A stretch of DNA of 54,490 nt, taken from an uncultured Bacilli bacterium. Its GTDB lineage: Bacteria; Bacillota_I; Bacilli_A; RF39; UBA660. A model generated the notes under the pieces. It searched no databases. It had not been told where the DNA came from and saw only the letters and a program-made list of their open reading frames with translations. The DNA lies in contig CALVRD010000002.1 of NCBI GenBank assembly GCA_944358435.1, forward strand, positions 1 through 54,490. Direction: 5' to 3'. The position numbers and the translations under genes are program-made. This document shows positions 33,104-43,274 of this stretch, piece after piece; the stretch's first letter is position 1; every line of letters begins with the position of its first letter.

Positions 33104-35424
33104 TATAAATCACCTCCTAAGAATGATAAATCATCAACTTTATCAAGATATACTTGATCAGGATCTTTCATATAACATAAGTCTTTATAAGTGCAAAATT
33201 CACAAGCAATATTTTTTCCAGCATAAACTTTAGGATTAATAGAAAAATCACTTTGAAGAATTGAATCAGTTTTAGAAGATATATGATTTTTAGTAAACTT
33301 AATTAAATTATATAAAGTATCATTACTTATTAATTTAGTGTTACTGCCAAAACCTTTATCTGGTGTATAAGACATACTCTTAATATATTCACTTTTTTCA
33401 TAGGTACTATCAAATCTTTCTAAAGTTAGAGTATTATCAGTAGAATACCCCTGTAACATTAGGTTTTCTTTATAGATTTGTTCTTGATCTTTTTTGCTTG
33501 TCCAAGTTGGATAATTAAATAAAATATTTTGATAATAAATACCAGTAAATATTGGATTAGAAAAGACTTTAGAATAATGAATTAAATATAAGTATACAGG
33601 TAGTTGCATATGAAGGCCATATTTCATTGGTTCTATATGAGTATCAATAGTTCCTGTTTTATAATCAATTATAGTAAAGTATGTATCCTCTACTTTTTGA
33701 TAATACATAATCTTATCAATAGTACCAGTAAAAATAACAGAAACATTTTTATCTAGAGGTACATCTATTTTTTTCTCATATAAAGCATTGTCATATCCAG
33801 TAAGAAGATTTTGTTTTTTTAGGGTTTCTATTAAGTGAAGAAGATCTTTTTTTATTCTTAAAAGAAGAAGACGTTCTTTTAATGATAATTCTCTAGTTTC
33901 TAAATATTTTTGATATTCTACTTCAAAATTAAAATTGGATCTTTGGTATAGTTGTAATATTTTATGATACATGGAACCAATAAAAGATTGGAAAGTATCT
34001 TCATACTTATCAAGCTTTACGACATATTTTATATAGTATTTAAAAGCACATTCATTATAAGTATTTAAACTAGTATAAGATAGTTTTAAAGGATATGGTA
34101 AATTAGTTAGATAGGTATTATTATCAATGCCATTAAACTTATTTGAGTAGGTATTATAAGGTATTTTATAATGACTATATAGTTTTTCTAAACCAAGATC
34201 TTTTTGGCCATATAAAAGATAATAATCTAATTTTTCAGCTAAGCGTAGTTTATTGTAGAGATTAGACTTATTAAAATTATCTTGATTGAAAGTTATTATT
34301 TCGAGATTTAAATCAGTAATTAGACTTGATTTATAATAACTGTTAAAGGGAGAAGATAATTTATAAGAGAGGTATAAATTTTTAATATTACTTAAAATAT
34401 AAGTAAGAGCTTCTTTATTACGCTTATTTAAGTATGATGTTTTATATAGTGATACTTCATCTTTAATAGAATCATTAATATAGAAAATATCTTTTTCCAT
34501 TCGTGGTAAAACATCTTGATTAAAGCCTAAAACAAAGACATATTCATCTTCTTGAAAGATTGATTCATATAAGTCTTTAATATTAATAGCATTAGCTTTT
34601 TTCTTAACAGAAAGATAAGTACTTTTTAATTTATCAATAAGAATAGTTTTATATTCAGATGAAGTTTCGTCTAGTGAAGATAGTGATGATAAGATATTAA
34701 CTAATTTACGATTGATAGGAAGTTTATTTTTATCTTCTAAGTCTAATTCATTAGTTTTTAGATAATCACTTACTACTTTAGTAGAATATATTGAATCTTT
34801 TGTATCTAAATTAAGGGGAATATTATAATAATTAAATAATTTATGAATTATATAATAATAATCATTAGAAATATTAGTAAGATAAATTTTATTAATATCA
34901 ATACCATTATCTAATAGTTCTAGTATTTTTAGACAAACGTAGTTTACTTCTTCTTCAATATTTATAGCTTCTACTACTTTAGCGTTTATTGTACTTTTAG
35001 GTATTTCAATTTTAGTATTTAACATTTCTTCTTCATATTTATCTAAATCATAATAATTAGTTGTGATAATATTTTTAGTCGAAATATATTTTTTAAAGTT
35101 AGGGTTTTCTTTTAATAAGTTTTCTTTTTTTAATTCTAGTTTTAAGTCTTTTAAGAACTTTAATTTAGGACTAGAATAGTCTTTTTTTTCATCAATTACA
35201 TATAAGTTTTTTAAATAAACTTTGGCTACATCTAAATTATAATGATATTTATGCATTAAATAAAATAAAGCTTTTTCATCATAGGAAAAAAAATAGTTGC
35301 TTTTGAACTCTTCTTTAGTCATGAATTTTAAATTATAAAGTTTTTTTTCAGTCATTAAGTTATTTAATATTTGCATTTTTACTGAGTTAGGGCAAATTAT
35401 TAAACTATTATCTTGATAGATCAT
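33103..35424 (-). CDS. addB: Helicase-nuclease subunit AddB (RexB), a short form without a Walker A motif
   Basis: The C-terminal nuclease/Fe-S module has YNECAFKYY, GTIDKIMYY...IIDYKTG and CEFCTYKDLC (the four Cys of the AddB cluster). Its stop overlaps the addA ATG (TAATG). I chose the ATG at 35424 (GGTGA 5 nt upstream); the alternative GTG at 35436 is the ORF-track start. Confidence 0.85.
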   Translation of the reverse strand: MIYQDNSLIICPNSVKMQILNNLMTEKKLYNLKFMTKEEFKSNYFFSYDEKALFYLMHKYHYNLDVAKVYLKNLYVIDEKKDYSSPKLKFLKDLKLELKKENLLKENPNFKKYISTKNIITTNYYDLDKYEEEMLNTKIEIPKSTINAKVVEAINIEEEVNYVCLKILELLDNGIDINKIYLTNISNDYYYIIHKLFNYYNIPLNLDTKDSIYSTKVVSDYLKTNELDLEDKNKLPINRKLVNILSSLSSLDETSSEYKTILIDKLKSTYLSVKKKANAINIKDLYESIFQEDEYVFVLGFNQDVLPRMEKDIFYINDSIKDEVSLYKTSYLNKRNKEALTYILSNIKNLYLSYKLSSPFNSYYKSSLITDLNLEIITFNQDNFNKSNLYNKLRLAEKLDYYLLYGQKDLGLEKLYSHYKIPYNTYSNKFNGIDNNTYLTNLPYPLKLSYTSLNTYNECAFKYYIKYVVKLDKYEDTFQSFIGSMYHKILQLYQRSNFNFEVEYQKYLETRELSLKERLLLLRIKKDLLHLIETLKKQNLLTGYDNALYEKKIDVPLDKNVSVIFTGTIDKIMYYQKVEDTYFTIIDYKTGTIDTHIEPMKYGLHMQLPVYLYLIHYSKVFSNPIFTGIYYQNILFNYPTWTSKKDQEQIYKENLMLQGYSTDNTLTLERFDSTYEKSEYIKSMSYTPDKGFGSNTKLISNDTLYNLIKFTKNHISSKTDSILQSDFSINPKVYAGKNIACEFCTYKDLCYMKDPDQVYLDKVDDLSFLGGDL

Positions 35425-35440
35425 TTTTATCACCAATATA

Positions 35441-35469
35441 ATTATAATATTTTATAATATTTTGAACAA
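35441..35469 (-). promoter_or_regulatory. Candidate promoter of addBA
   Basis: The minus strand reads TTGTTC-17 nt-TATAAT directly after the upstream terminator. In DNA this AT-rich, a chance match is possible. Confidence 0.4.
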
Positions 35470-35473
35470 GAGA

Positions 35474-35501
35474 AAAGACCGTTAATTGGATCACGGTCTT
35501 T
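35474..35501 (-). terminator. Intrinsic terminator after the 208-aa gene
   Basis: The stem is AAAGACCG / CGGTCTTT (GC-containing, 8 bp) with a 12-nt loop, followed on the minus strand by TCTCTTGTT. Confidence 0.6.
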
Positions 35502-35509
35502 ATGATTTT

Positions 35510-36136
35510 TTATTTTAATTCGACTAAGTATAATTTTTTATCTTTATGAACAAATATTAGAGTAGCACTTTTTTGATAATCATTAAATTCTTCGCCTTTA
35601 TAAGTCCAAGACGCTTTTACTGATAGAGCATTTTCATCAGTATTTTCTCCATACGTATAAGTAGTTTTTTCTACTGATTCAATAGTTACAGTATCAACTT
35701 CTGGTAATTTTTGAGTACGATTATTATAAATATCACTTTCTACATATTTATAAAAGGTATTTTCAGAATTATCTAAGAAGTTTCCTAAAATATCTGGATG
35801 AACTATATCTACTCCACCTATATCTGTTTTAGAGGACTTATCGACTAAGGAATAGAAATCTACAATAAACATTTCTGATAATTTAGAAACGTAAGATTCT
35901 TCATTTACTTCATCTTCTGTTAAAATTTTACTTAATTCTTTAAATAAAGACTGGTACTTTTTGCTTTTATTATCTTTTAGGACATAATTATAGGCTTCAA
36001 TAGTGTTAATTACTTTAGCTTTTTTTGTTTCTTCTTTTTTAGGAAGTAATTTTGATATGATAATACCTCCTGAAATTAGGACTGTGATGATTACTAAGAC
36101 AACTATTAGACGTTTTACACTTTTCTTTAATTTCAT
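35510..36136 (-). CDS. Hypothetical N-terminally membrane-anchored extracytoplasmic protein, 208 aa
   Basis: A single N-terminal TM (LIVVLVIITVLISGGIIISKLL) precedes a soluble domain. The start lies 1 nt after the ltaS-like stop, so the two are likely co-transcribed. Confidence 0.65.
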   Translation of the reverse strand: MKLKKSVKRLIVVLVIITVLISGGIIISKLLPKKEETKKAKVINTIEAYNYVLKDNKSKKYQSLFKELSKILTEDEVNEESYVSKLSEMFIVDFYSLVDKSSKTDIGGVDIVHPDILGNFLDNSENTFYKYVESDIYNNRTQKLPEVDTVTIESVEKTTYTYGENTDENALSVKASWTYKGEEFNDYQKSATLIFVHKDKKLYLVELK

Positions 36137-36137
36137 A

Positions 36138-38225
36138 TTATATTCCTTTCTCTACTTCTTTTAGTATTTTTTCATTTTCTTCGTCTTTTGCAAGTAAGTT
36201 GTAGACAATCATTTCATTTGAAACTTCAAGTAATTTATTAGTATACTCAGTATTGTATTTTATTTCTTCTTCACTTATGGCTTCGCCATTTAGTGATAAA
36301 TACTCTATTTTTTGACTATTAAAGTAAGCTTTATTAGTTACCCAGTTTCCATTAGGGAAACAAACAATATTTTGGCCAAGAACATTAAATATATCATGTC
36401 CTAGTTGATATTCATTATAAACTCCAAGCATATTGCCTAGCGTTGGCATGGCATCATACATTCCCATTGTTTCAGTTATTTCTTGATTGTATTTAGATCC
36501 AGCCATGTCTTTTGTCCAAATAATGAATGGTACTTTACGACCTAGTTCATATTGGTATGAACCATATTCTTTATAGTTAGGATCATCTTTATCTAATACT
36601 TTGTCATTTTCTTTATCATAATTATATAAACGATTATAATCATTTTTTGGTAATCTGGCATCATGATCTCCATAAATTACTAAGACTGTGTTTTCTAATA
36701 AGCCTGCTTCATCTAGTTGAGTAATAAAATTACCAATTGCACCATCAGCATAGTGAACTGATTTAAAGTAATTACCTAATTTAGTTCCTTCCATATATGG
36801 ATATACAACTTCTTCTGTTGTTCCATCTTCATGAATAATGGTTTCTTTTATGTCAACAGGAAATTCTCCATATTTTTCTATATCAGAGAATGGTGTGTGG
36901 TTACTTAACATAATCATTAGTCCATACCAGTTAGCATTTTCTTCATTAATTTTTTGAAGTTTAGGAATTGATTGTGTAAAGAACTCAATATCTGATAGTC
37001 CTAAACCAATTGTATTTTCTGGTGTTACTTCGTAGTCTTGTTTACTAAAGAATTTTTGATATCCTAGACTTTTATACATTGTTCGACGATTCCAGAAGTC
37101 AGCATTATTAGCATGCATACTGAAAGTATAATAGCCTTTTTCATTTAATAATTTTTGAAGTGAATTATATTCTCTATTTGGATATGATACGAATGCCGTA
37201 CCGCTCTTAGTTGGCATTAGAGATGTAGAAAATGTTAATTCAGCATCACTACTAGTTCCAACACTTACTTGGGAGAAGTAATTAGAAAAATACATTCCTT
37301 CAGAAGCTAGTTTATTCAGATTAGGACTTACTGGTTTACCATTAAACTCTAGTCCAATAACGTTTTGTTGGATACTTTCGGCATGAATTACTAAAACATT
37401 TTTATCTTTAAAGATATTTGTATATTCGTTAGTTTGGATTTCTTTTTTTTCATTAAAATAGTCATTAAAGTTCTTTTTAGCTTTATCATAACCAAACATG
37501 GAATTTATCTTTGGTTGAATTGCAGAAACTAAATCTGCACTTTGATAAATATAGATTCCAAAACGCATAACAATGTATTCTTTATTCCACTGTGAAATAA
37601 ATCTTGATACATCAAGAGAAGTCATAGTTACAAGGAATAATGCAAGTATACCACAACCGGTACATAGTGTTTTAATCATTTTCTTTTTACGTTCTGATTT
37701 GACTTCAACTTTTTTATAATAGTTTTTCTTCTTTAATTTATTATTTACTATTACTAAAATTATTGGTGGAATAATATAGACTAAGTCTTTTAATTGAATA
37801 ACATTTTCTACTACGGCGTCTCCTACTGCTCCAACGTATTGTGTTAGTGATAACATCGATACAGATGCGAATGAGGAATAGAATGTATAATATACTGAGT
37901 TAATCATACATATAGCACTAAAAAATATAGTAAATGATAAATAATACGTGAACCTATTTTTAGGCTTACATAGATAGCCAAATGCGCCAACAATAGAAAT
38001 TACAGCTAAATCACCCATTATAGCTTTTATTGATAAAAAATTGCTTACTGTTTGGATACTGAAAAATCTTAGTAATGTGGCATTTATTAAACACATTAAA
38101 ACATATGTTAAAAATAAGGAATTATTTTTAACATATTGTCGAACTATATGTTCCTCTTTGGCCTTTTTTATTGACTCTCGTACTTTATCTTTAATTTTAT
38201 CTAATTTAAATCTAATTCTCTTCAT
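36138..38225 (-). CDS. ltaS: LtaS-family lipoteichoic acid synthase / phosphoglycerol transferase (sulfatase fold)
   Basis: The 695-aa product has five N-terminal TM helices and an extracellular sulfatase-type domain. Motifs are NVLVIHAESIQQ, VSVGTSSDAELTFSTSLMP, MLSNHTPF and VIYGDHD. Confidence 0.85.
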   Translation of the reverse strand: MKRIRFKLDKIKDKVRESIKKAKEEHIVRQYVKNNSLFLTYVLMCLINATLLRFFSIQTVSNFLSIKAIMGDLAVISIVGAFGYLCKPKNRFTYYLSFTIFFSAICMINSVYYTFYSSFASVSMLSLTQYVGAVGDAVVENVIQLKDLVYIIPPIILVIVNNKLKKKNYYKKVEVKSERKKKMIKTLCTGCGILALFLVTMTSLDVSRFISQWNKEYIVMRFGIYIYQSADLVSAIQPKINSMFGYDKAKKNFNDYFNEKKEIQTNEYTNIFKDKNVLVIHAESIQQNVIGLEFNGKPVSPNLNKLASEGMYFSNYFSQVSVGTSSDAELTFSTSLMPTKSGTAFVSYPNREYNSLQKLLNEKGYYTFSMHANNADFWNRRTMYKSLGYQKFFSKQDYEVTPENTIGLGLSDIEFFTQSIPKLQKINEENANWYGLMIMLSNHTPFSDIEKYGEFPVDIKETIIHEDGTTEEVVYPYMEGTKLGNYFKSVHYADGAIGNFITQLDEAGLLENTVLVIYGDHDARLPKNDYNRLYNYDKENDKVLDKDDPNYKEYGSYQYELGRKVPFIIWTKDMAGSKYNQEITETMGMYDAMPTLGNMLGVYNEYQLGHDIFNVLGQNIVCFPNGNWVTNKAYFNSQKIEYLSLNGEAISEEEIKYNTEYTNKLLEVSNEMIVYNLLAKDEENEKILKEVEKGI

Positions 38226-38245
38226 TTGTATAACCTCACTAGTTT

Positions 38246-38274
38246 ATTATAGCATTATTATATCTAGATTTCAA
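38246..38274 (-). promoter_or_regulatory. SigmaA-type promoter of the ltaS-like gene
   Basis: The minus strand reads TTGAAA-17 nt-TGcTATAAT about 20 nt upstream of the start. Confidence 0.65.
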
Positions 38275-38384
38275 CTTGCAGATTTTTTGTACTTTATGTC
38301 TTTTTGTAGCGATATAAAAGTTACAATTTTGAAAAGAAAAAATAGATGGAAATAATTTGGTTTAATTGCCTTATAATTTATTGT

Positions 38385-39293
38385 TTATTTATTTTGTAAA
38401 ATGGTGTCAACTTTGTGTTCTGGTTCTAGTTCAGTGCTGTCATATTCATTCTTTTTCTCTTGATTTTTATTCTGTCTATTTCTATAAGATCCAGCATTAA
38501 TAATTAGTCCTAATACAAAGATATAGGATAAAACATATACCCATAGTAGAAGGATTAAGATATTAGATACACTTCCGTAGAATAAATCATATTTTGTAAA
38601 GGTATCTAAGTAGAATGAATATACTTCTGAGGAAATAATCCAACTTACAGTTGTGAAAACGGCTCCTTTGGTAGTAGTTACACTTTCGACTTGTTCATCT
38701 GGGGCAATTACATAGATTAGTTTTACATTGAAGTAAATTATGGCTAAAATTAGTGGATATTTTATTAATTTATATATACGATAAAATATATCAGCTGGTG
38801 CCTGATTATTTATGTTATTTCTTAGAAAGATAAATATATTATCACCAAATACTGGGATTGCGAGTAAGAATAATAATACTTCTACTAAAATTATGGTCAT
38901 TAATATAGCTTTTATTCTTCTTCTTATCCAATCTTTTTGTTTTATTTTATATATTTCATTTGACGCGACAATAATTGAATCAGTTCCATTTGAGGCTAAA
39001 ATAAACGCTGATATAAAGAAGACTCCAATATTAAATGTTAATCCTTGTCCATTAATTATACTTGATATAAATTCTCCTACACCACCTGGTACTGTAATGT
39101 TTATTCCCTCTTTAATTGTTTCAAAAGAGATCGAAAACCTAGACGCTATTGCACCTACAAGAGCGACAATAGGTATTAATGACATGACAAAGAAAAAAGC
39201 AAGATTTCCAGGTAAAATCCTCATTTCTGGTCTTTTGAATAATTCTATAACCTTTTTTAAGAATCCTCTAACTTGCTCCATTCCTATCACCAT
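38385..39293 (-). CDS. YihY/BrkB family membrane protein (formerly called ribonuclease BN-like)
   Basis: The N-terminus has RILPGNLAFFFVMSLIPIVALVGAIAS followed by six TM helices, as in the YihY family. The start is ambiguous: ATG at 39293 or ATG at 39281 (MEQVRGF). Confidence 0.75.
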   Translation of the reverse strand: MVIGMEQVRGFLKKVIELFKRPEMRILPGNLAFFFVMSLIPIVALVGAIASRFSISFETIKEGINITVPGGVGEFISSIINGQGLTFNIGVFFISAFILASNGTDSIIVASNEIYKIKQKDWIRRRIKAILMTIILVEVLLFLLAIPVFGDNIFIFLRNNINNQAPADIFYRIYKLIKYPLILAIIYFNVKLIYVIAPDEQVESVTTTKGAVFTTVSWIISSEVYSFYLDTFTKYDLFYGSVSNILILLLWVYVLSYIFVLGLIINAGSYRNRQNKNQEKKNEYDSTELEPEHKVDTILQNK

Positions 39294-39294
39294 C

Positions 39295-41334
39295 TTATTT
39301 TAAATCTTCTTTGTTAGCAATCATTTCAAGTGTTGCTTCATTGATAGCATCATCTAGTGTTTTAATCTTATCTAGAATCATACTATAACCAACTGCTGCT
39401 CCAAATTCGTGTGGAAGACTCTTCATTTCTTTAGATAACTTTTTAGCGTAAGTTTCAACTTGTCTTTCACTATAGCCGACTAAGTATACTAAGAATTCAT
39501 TGCCGTCTGTACGAATTATTTCACTATTTTCTAGTTGAGTATTTACTAATATTCCAGCCGTTTTAATAATTAGTTGATCTCCTTCTTCATGACCAAAATT
39601 ATCATTAACGTATTTAATATTATTTAAATCAACCATTACTATAGCTTGTGGATATACTTTATTTTCTTCCCATTCTGGCATTTTTGCATTTAAATAATTA
39701 CGATTTTTTAAGGAAGTTAACATATCAGTATATTTATGTCTTTCACTAGTTTTTACTTTTTTAATTTTCTTTTTCTGTTTATATATTAAATAGATAGTTA
39801 GAACAACTACTAATGGAATAAAGACAATAGCTAGGGCAATTATATATGCTTGTTCTAGTGTTGAATCTTCTAAAATTGAAGCATGTAAATTTTCTATTCC
39901 ACTATTACGATAATTATAATATGAATTTGTATTAATTATATAATTGAACAAATCATAGAAGGCTTCATTATTCTTTTTAACCATAAATTTATAGTCATTC
40001 ATCATGGTATCTAAATATAATAAATTATAATCTTTAAACTTAGTTGTTTGATAGTAATTATATATTTCACGATCTAAAACAATTAATTTATTTTTAGCTT
40101 TTGATAATAATTCATCAATATTTTTATAACCAGTAATATTGGCTCTAGAATTTGTTGAAAAATAATTAAATAGTGAATCATCTTCTAGCATAGCAATTTG
40201 TTTATCTTTTAAACTTTCAAATGATGTAATAACATGATTATCTTTTTGATATCCTAAGACAACATATTCTTCAATAAAGGTTGATAATGTTGCATAATAT
40301 TTATCATTATTATAGTTATAATAATCAAAGTAAACATCTATTTCTCCTTTATCAATAGCTTTTTGTAAGTCTTCTTTTGTTTCATATTCTTTGTAGTTAA
40401 AATTAACATCTGTAAGACGAGCTATTCTATCTACATATTCTCCAGCAATACCTGCGACTTTACCATTTACTTTTACTTCATATGGAGCATTTGTTACGTA
40501 ACCATATGTATAGTTTTTAGAAATTAAAGCAGTTTTAGTTTTAGCTGATAAATTATTTTTTTGGACATAGTAGTTTAAATAATTTTCATTATATTCATCA
40601 ACATATTTTGTTAAACGCCATTTATTATAATATTTTGTTACTATTTTATTTAATTCATCATTATCTTTACTTAGAGTTAGAACAATTTGTTTTTTCATTT
40701 CAGTTAAATAATAATTTATGAAATACTTATCTTTTTCAATTGTGTAATCTAAGTACATTATATTAGGCATAACTATCATATTTACTTCATTATTATCTAA
40801 AGCATTATACAAGTCTGTAATATTTTTATATTGTTTATAAGAAAGATTAGTTCCTCCTTTTAGATAATAACTAACTTCTTCAGCATCTTCTTCAAAAACC
40901 CCAAAAGTAATATTTTTCATATCTTTTGTATGATTAATACGTTCATATGTTTTTCCAACTACTATGTAATTATCATTAAATAAGAATAAGTTATCTTTTT
41001 TTAGACTTTTATCATTATCAAGTATTTCAATACGATATCCTGTTGTAGTTGGTGCTGATGATTTTAAATAAGGAATTATATTAAATTCTATACCAACATT
41101 TTGTTGAAAGTCATTTATAAAGTTAAAAATTACTCCTTCACCATTCATGGCATATAGTGGATAATCATTTACCACTTCAAAGTCATAAGTTTTACCATTA
41201 TTTTTTTCAACCCAGCGTTTTTCACTAACTGTTAGTGTTGTCGTTTTGTCTTCTTTATTATAGTATCGGTATACTAATAGAAAGACAACTGCAGCTATTA
41301 TGATGGGAATAAATATAATTAGTTTTTTTTTCAT
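39295..41334 (-). CDS. Membrane receptor: two extracytoplasmic solute-binding-protein-like domains, a TM helix, and a cytoplasmic GGDEF domain with a degenerate active site (DGNEF)
   Basis: There is an N-terminal TM and a ~460-aa extracytoplasmic region, followed by a second TM (YIIALAIVFIPLVVVLTIYLIY). The GGDEF domain then reads YTDMLTSLKNRNYL...VMVDLNNIKYVNDNFGHEEGDQLI...IIRTDGNEFLVYL. Confidence 0.75.
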   Translation of the reverse strand: MKKKLIIFIPIIIAAVVFLLVYRYYNKEDKTTTLTVSEKRWVEKNNGKTYDFEVVNDYPLYAMNGEGVIFNFINDFQQNVGIEFNIIPYLKSSAPTTTGYRIEILDNDKSLKKDNLFLFNDNYIVVGKTYERINHTKDMKNITFGVFEEDAEEVSYYLKGGTNLSYKQYKNITDLYNALDNNEVNMIVMPNIMYLDYTIEKDKYFINYYLTEMKKQIVLTLSKDNDELNKIVTKYYNKWRLTKYVDEYNENYLNYYVQKNNLSAKTKTALISKNYTYGYVTNAPYEVKVNGKVAGIAGEYVDRIARLTDVNFNYKEYETKEDLQKAIDKGEIDVYFDYYNYNNDKYYATLSTFIEEYVVLGYQKDNHVITSFESLKDKQIAMLEDDSLFNYFSTNSRANITGYKNIDELLSKAKNKLIVLDREIYNYYQTTKFKDYNLLYLDTMMNDYKFMVKKNNEAFYDLFNYIINTNSYYNYRNSGIENLHASILEDSTLEQAYIIALAIVFIPLVVVLTIYLIYKQKKKIKKVKTSERHKYTDMLTSLKNRNYLNAKMPEWEENKVYPQAIVMVDLNNIKYVNDNFGHEEGDQLIIKTAGILVNTQLENSEIIRTDGNEFLVYLVGYSERQVETYAKKLSKEMKSLPHEFGAAVGYSMILDKIKTLDDAINEATLEMIANKEDLK

Positions 41335-41347
41335 GTTGATACCTACC

Positions 41348-41797
41348 CTATCTATCCTTAGTCCATGATATTTTTTCTTTTGAATGATGTTTATAACCTA
41401 TTATAGGAAATTGTGGTGATTCTTCTTTTTTTTCAACATATATTTCAAAATCATAATATTTTTTTTGTTCTGCTGAAAATGGTTCTAGTGATTTATCTCC
41501 ATATGATTTAGCAGTTTCTAGTGAAACGTCATTATTAACAGTAATAAATATTTTTACAATTTTACCTGATAATTTTGTTGTTACTTTAGATACGGCATCT
41601 TCAGATAAAGATTTTTTTACTTTGTCATATGTTTCATTAGAAATTTGGACATTTTCTATTCCTTCTAAGCGATTTCCATAAATTGCTTTTCCGGTATTGG
41701 GGAAAAAGATAATTTTTAGTTGGAATAAAGCCACTACTAATACTAAAAATATGGCAATGGCAATAATAGTACCTTTATTTCTTTTAATAAAATTCAT
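41348..41797 (-). CDS. Hypothetical N-terminally anchored protein, 149 aa
   Basis: It has a single TM (IIAIAIFLVLVVALFQLKIIF) and a small soluble domain. I found no assignable motif. Confidence 0.6.
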   Translation of the reverse strand: MNFIKRNKGTIIAIAIFLVLVVALFQLKIIFFPNTGKAIYGNRLEGIENVQISNETYDKVKKSLSEDAVSKVTTKLSGKIVKIFITVNNDVSLETAKSYGDKSLEPFSAEQKKYYDFEIYVEKKEESPQFPIIGYKHHSKEKISWTKDR

Positions 41798-41852
41798 ATT
41801 CTCACATCCTAATATTTTTATTATACACTATAGGTATTTTTTTTTCAATTGG

Positions 41853-43274
41853 CTACTTTAATTCTTCTTTTAAAATATCCATAGCTAATTTAGGGTTAGC
41901 ACTACCTTTAGTTTCTTTCATTACTTGTCCCATAAAGAATTTTATAGCTCGATCATGACCAGCTTTATAATCAGAAACACTTTCGGGATTTTCAGAAATT
42001 ATCTTTTTAATTATTTCTCTAATAGTAGAATCATCAGTAATATTTTCTATTCCAGATTCTTTGATAATAGTAGATATAGAGATATCTTTTTCTAATATTA
42101 CGTCTAAAATGTCTTTTAAATTCTTACTAGTTAAAGTTCCATCATCTACTTTTTCAATTAATTCTAAGAACCTTTCTTTTGTTAGCGTTGTATCAGTAAT
42201 TTTCTTTTCATTTTTATTTAGGTAAGCAGAAATATCACCTAATATTAAGTTACTAGCAATTTTGAAATTAGTTTTTTCAGATAATAAGGTGTTGAAATAA
42301 TCACTAAGTTCCCTATTTTGAATTAGTTTTTTGGCATTAACGTCAGAAACTCCTTTTTCAATATAGATGGTTCTTCTTTCATCTGGTAACATACAAATAG
42401 TTTTTTCTACTTCAGTAATCATTTCATCTGTTATATATAAATATGGGATATCTGGTTCTGGGAAATAGCGATAATCATTTCCAGTTTCTTTAACACGCAT
42501 TAAAACTGTATCACAGGTTTTATTATCAAAACGTCTTGTTTGTTCTTTAAATGTTTCGCCTGAGTCTAGTAGTTTAGCTTGACGCTCTATTTCTTTTTCA
42601 ATACTTAAGCCAACATTAGAAATTGAACCAATATTTTTTATTTCACATTTTGTACCAAAGAGGTCTTGTTCATTTTTTCTGATTGAAACGTTAGCGTCAC
42701 ATCTCATTGAACCTTCTTCCATTTTACAGTCACTTATATCACTATAGAATAGTAATTCTTTTAGTTTTTCAAGATATAATTTAGCTTCTGTACTGCTACT
42801 GATACACGGTTTTGTAACAATTTCAATTAGAGGTACTCCAGCACGATTAAAATCTAGTAAAGTTTTATCTCCTCGGTGGGTACTTTTACAAGTATCCTCT
42901 TCAATATGCATTTCTTCAATATAAATCTTTTTCTTAGTTTTCTCTACTTCTATTTCTACATAACCATCATAACCAATTGGAGTACGACTTTGAGTAATTT
43001 GAAAGTTTTTAGGATTGTCTGGATAAAAGTAATTTTTACGATCAAAATGCATTTCACGTCTAATATTACAGTTTAAAACTTTAGCGGCTTTAATAGCAAG
43101 ATTAATTACTTCTTTATTTAGTGTTGGTAGAGTTCCAGGATAACCAAGATCAACTACGTTAGTTAATGAATTAGCCATTTGACCATAACCATTTATAGAA
43201 TTTGAGAAGATTTTAGTATTTGTTTTTAATTCAACGTGAACTTCAATACCAATTGTTGGAATGTAATTAGTCAT
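41853..43274 (-). CDS. gatB: Asp-tRNA(Asn)/Glu-tRNA(Gln) amidotransferase subunit B
   Basis: The sequence includes IPTIGIEVHVELKTNTKIFS and a C-terminal YqeY-like tail. The start ATG at 43274 has a GGAGGTGAG RBS and overlaps the gatA stop by 8 nt. Confidence 0.95.
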   Translation of the reverse strand: MTNYIPTIGIEVHVELKTNTKIFSNSINGYGQMANSLTNVVDLGYPGTLPTLNKEVINLAIKAAKVLNCNIRREMHFDRKNYFYPDNPKNFQITQSRTPIGYDGYVEIEVEKTKKKIYIEEMHIEEDTCKSTHRGDKTLLDFNRAGVPLIEIVTKPCISSSTEAKLYLEKLKELLFYSDISDCKMEEGSMRCDANVSIRKNEQDLFGTKCEIKNIGSISNVGLSIEKEIERQAKLLDSGETFKEQTRRFDNKTCDTVLMRVKETGNDYRYFPEPDIPYLYITDEMITEVEKTICMLPDERRTIYIEKGVSDVNAKKLIQNRELSDYFNTLLSEKTNFKIASNLILGDISAYLNKNEKKITDTTLTKERFLELIEKVDDGTLTSKNLKDILDVILEKDISISTIIKESGIENITDDSTIREIIKKIISENPESVSDYKAGHDRAIKFFMGQVMKETKGSANPKLAMDILKEELK

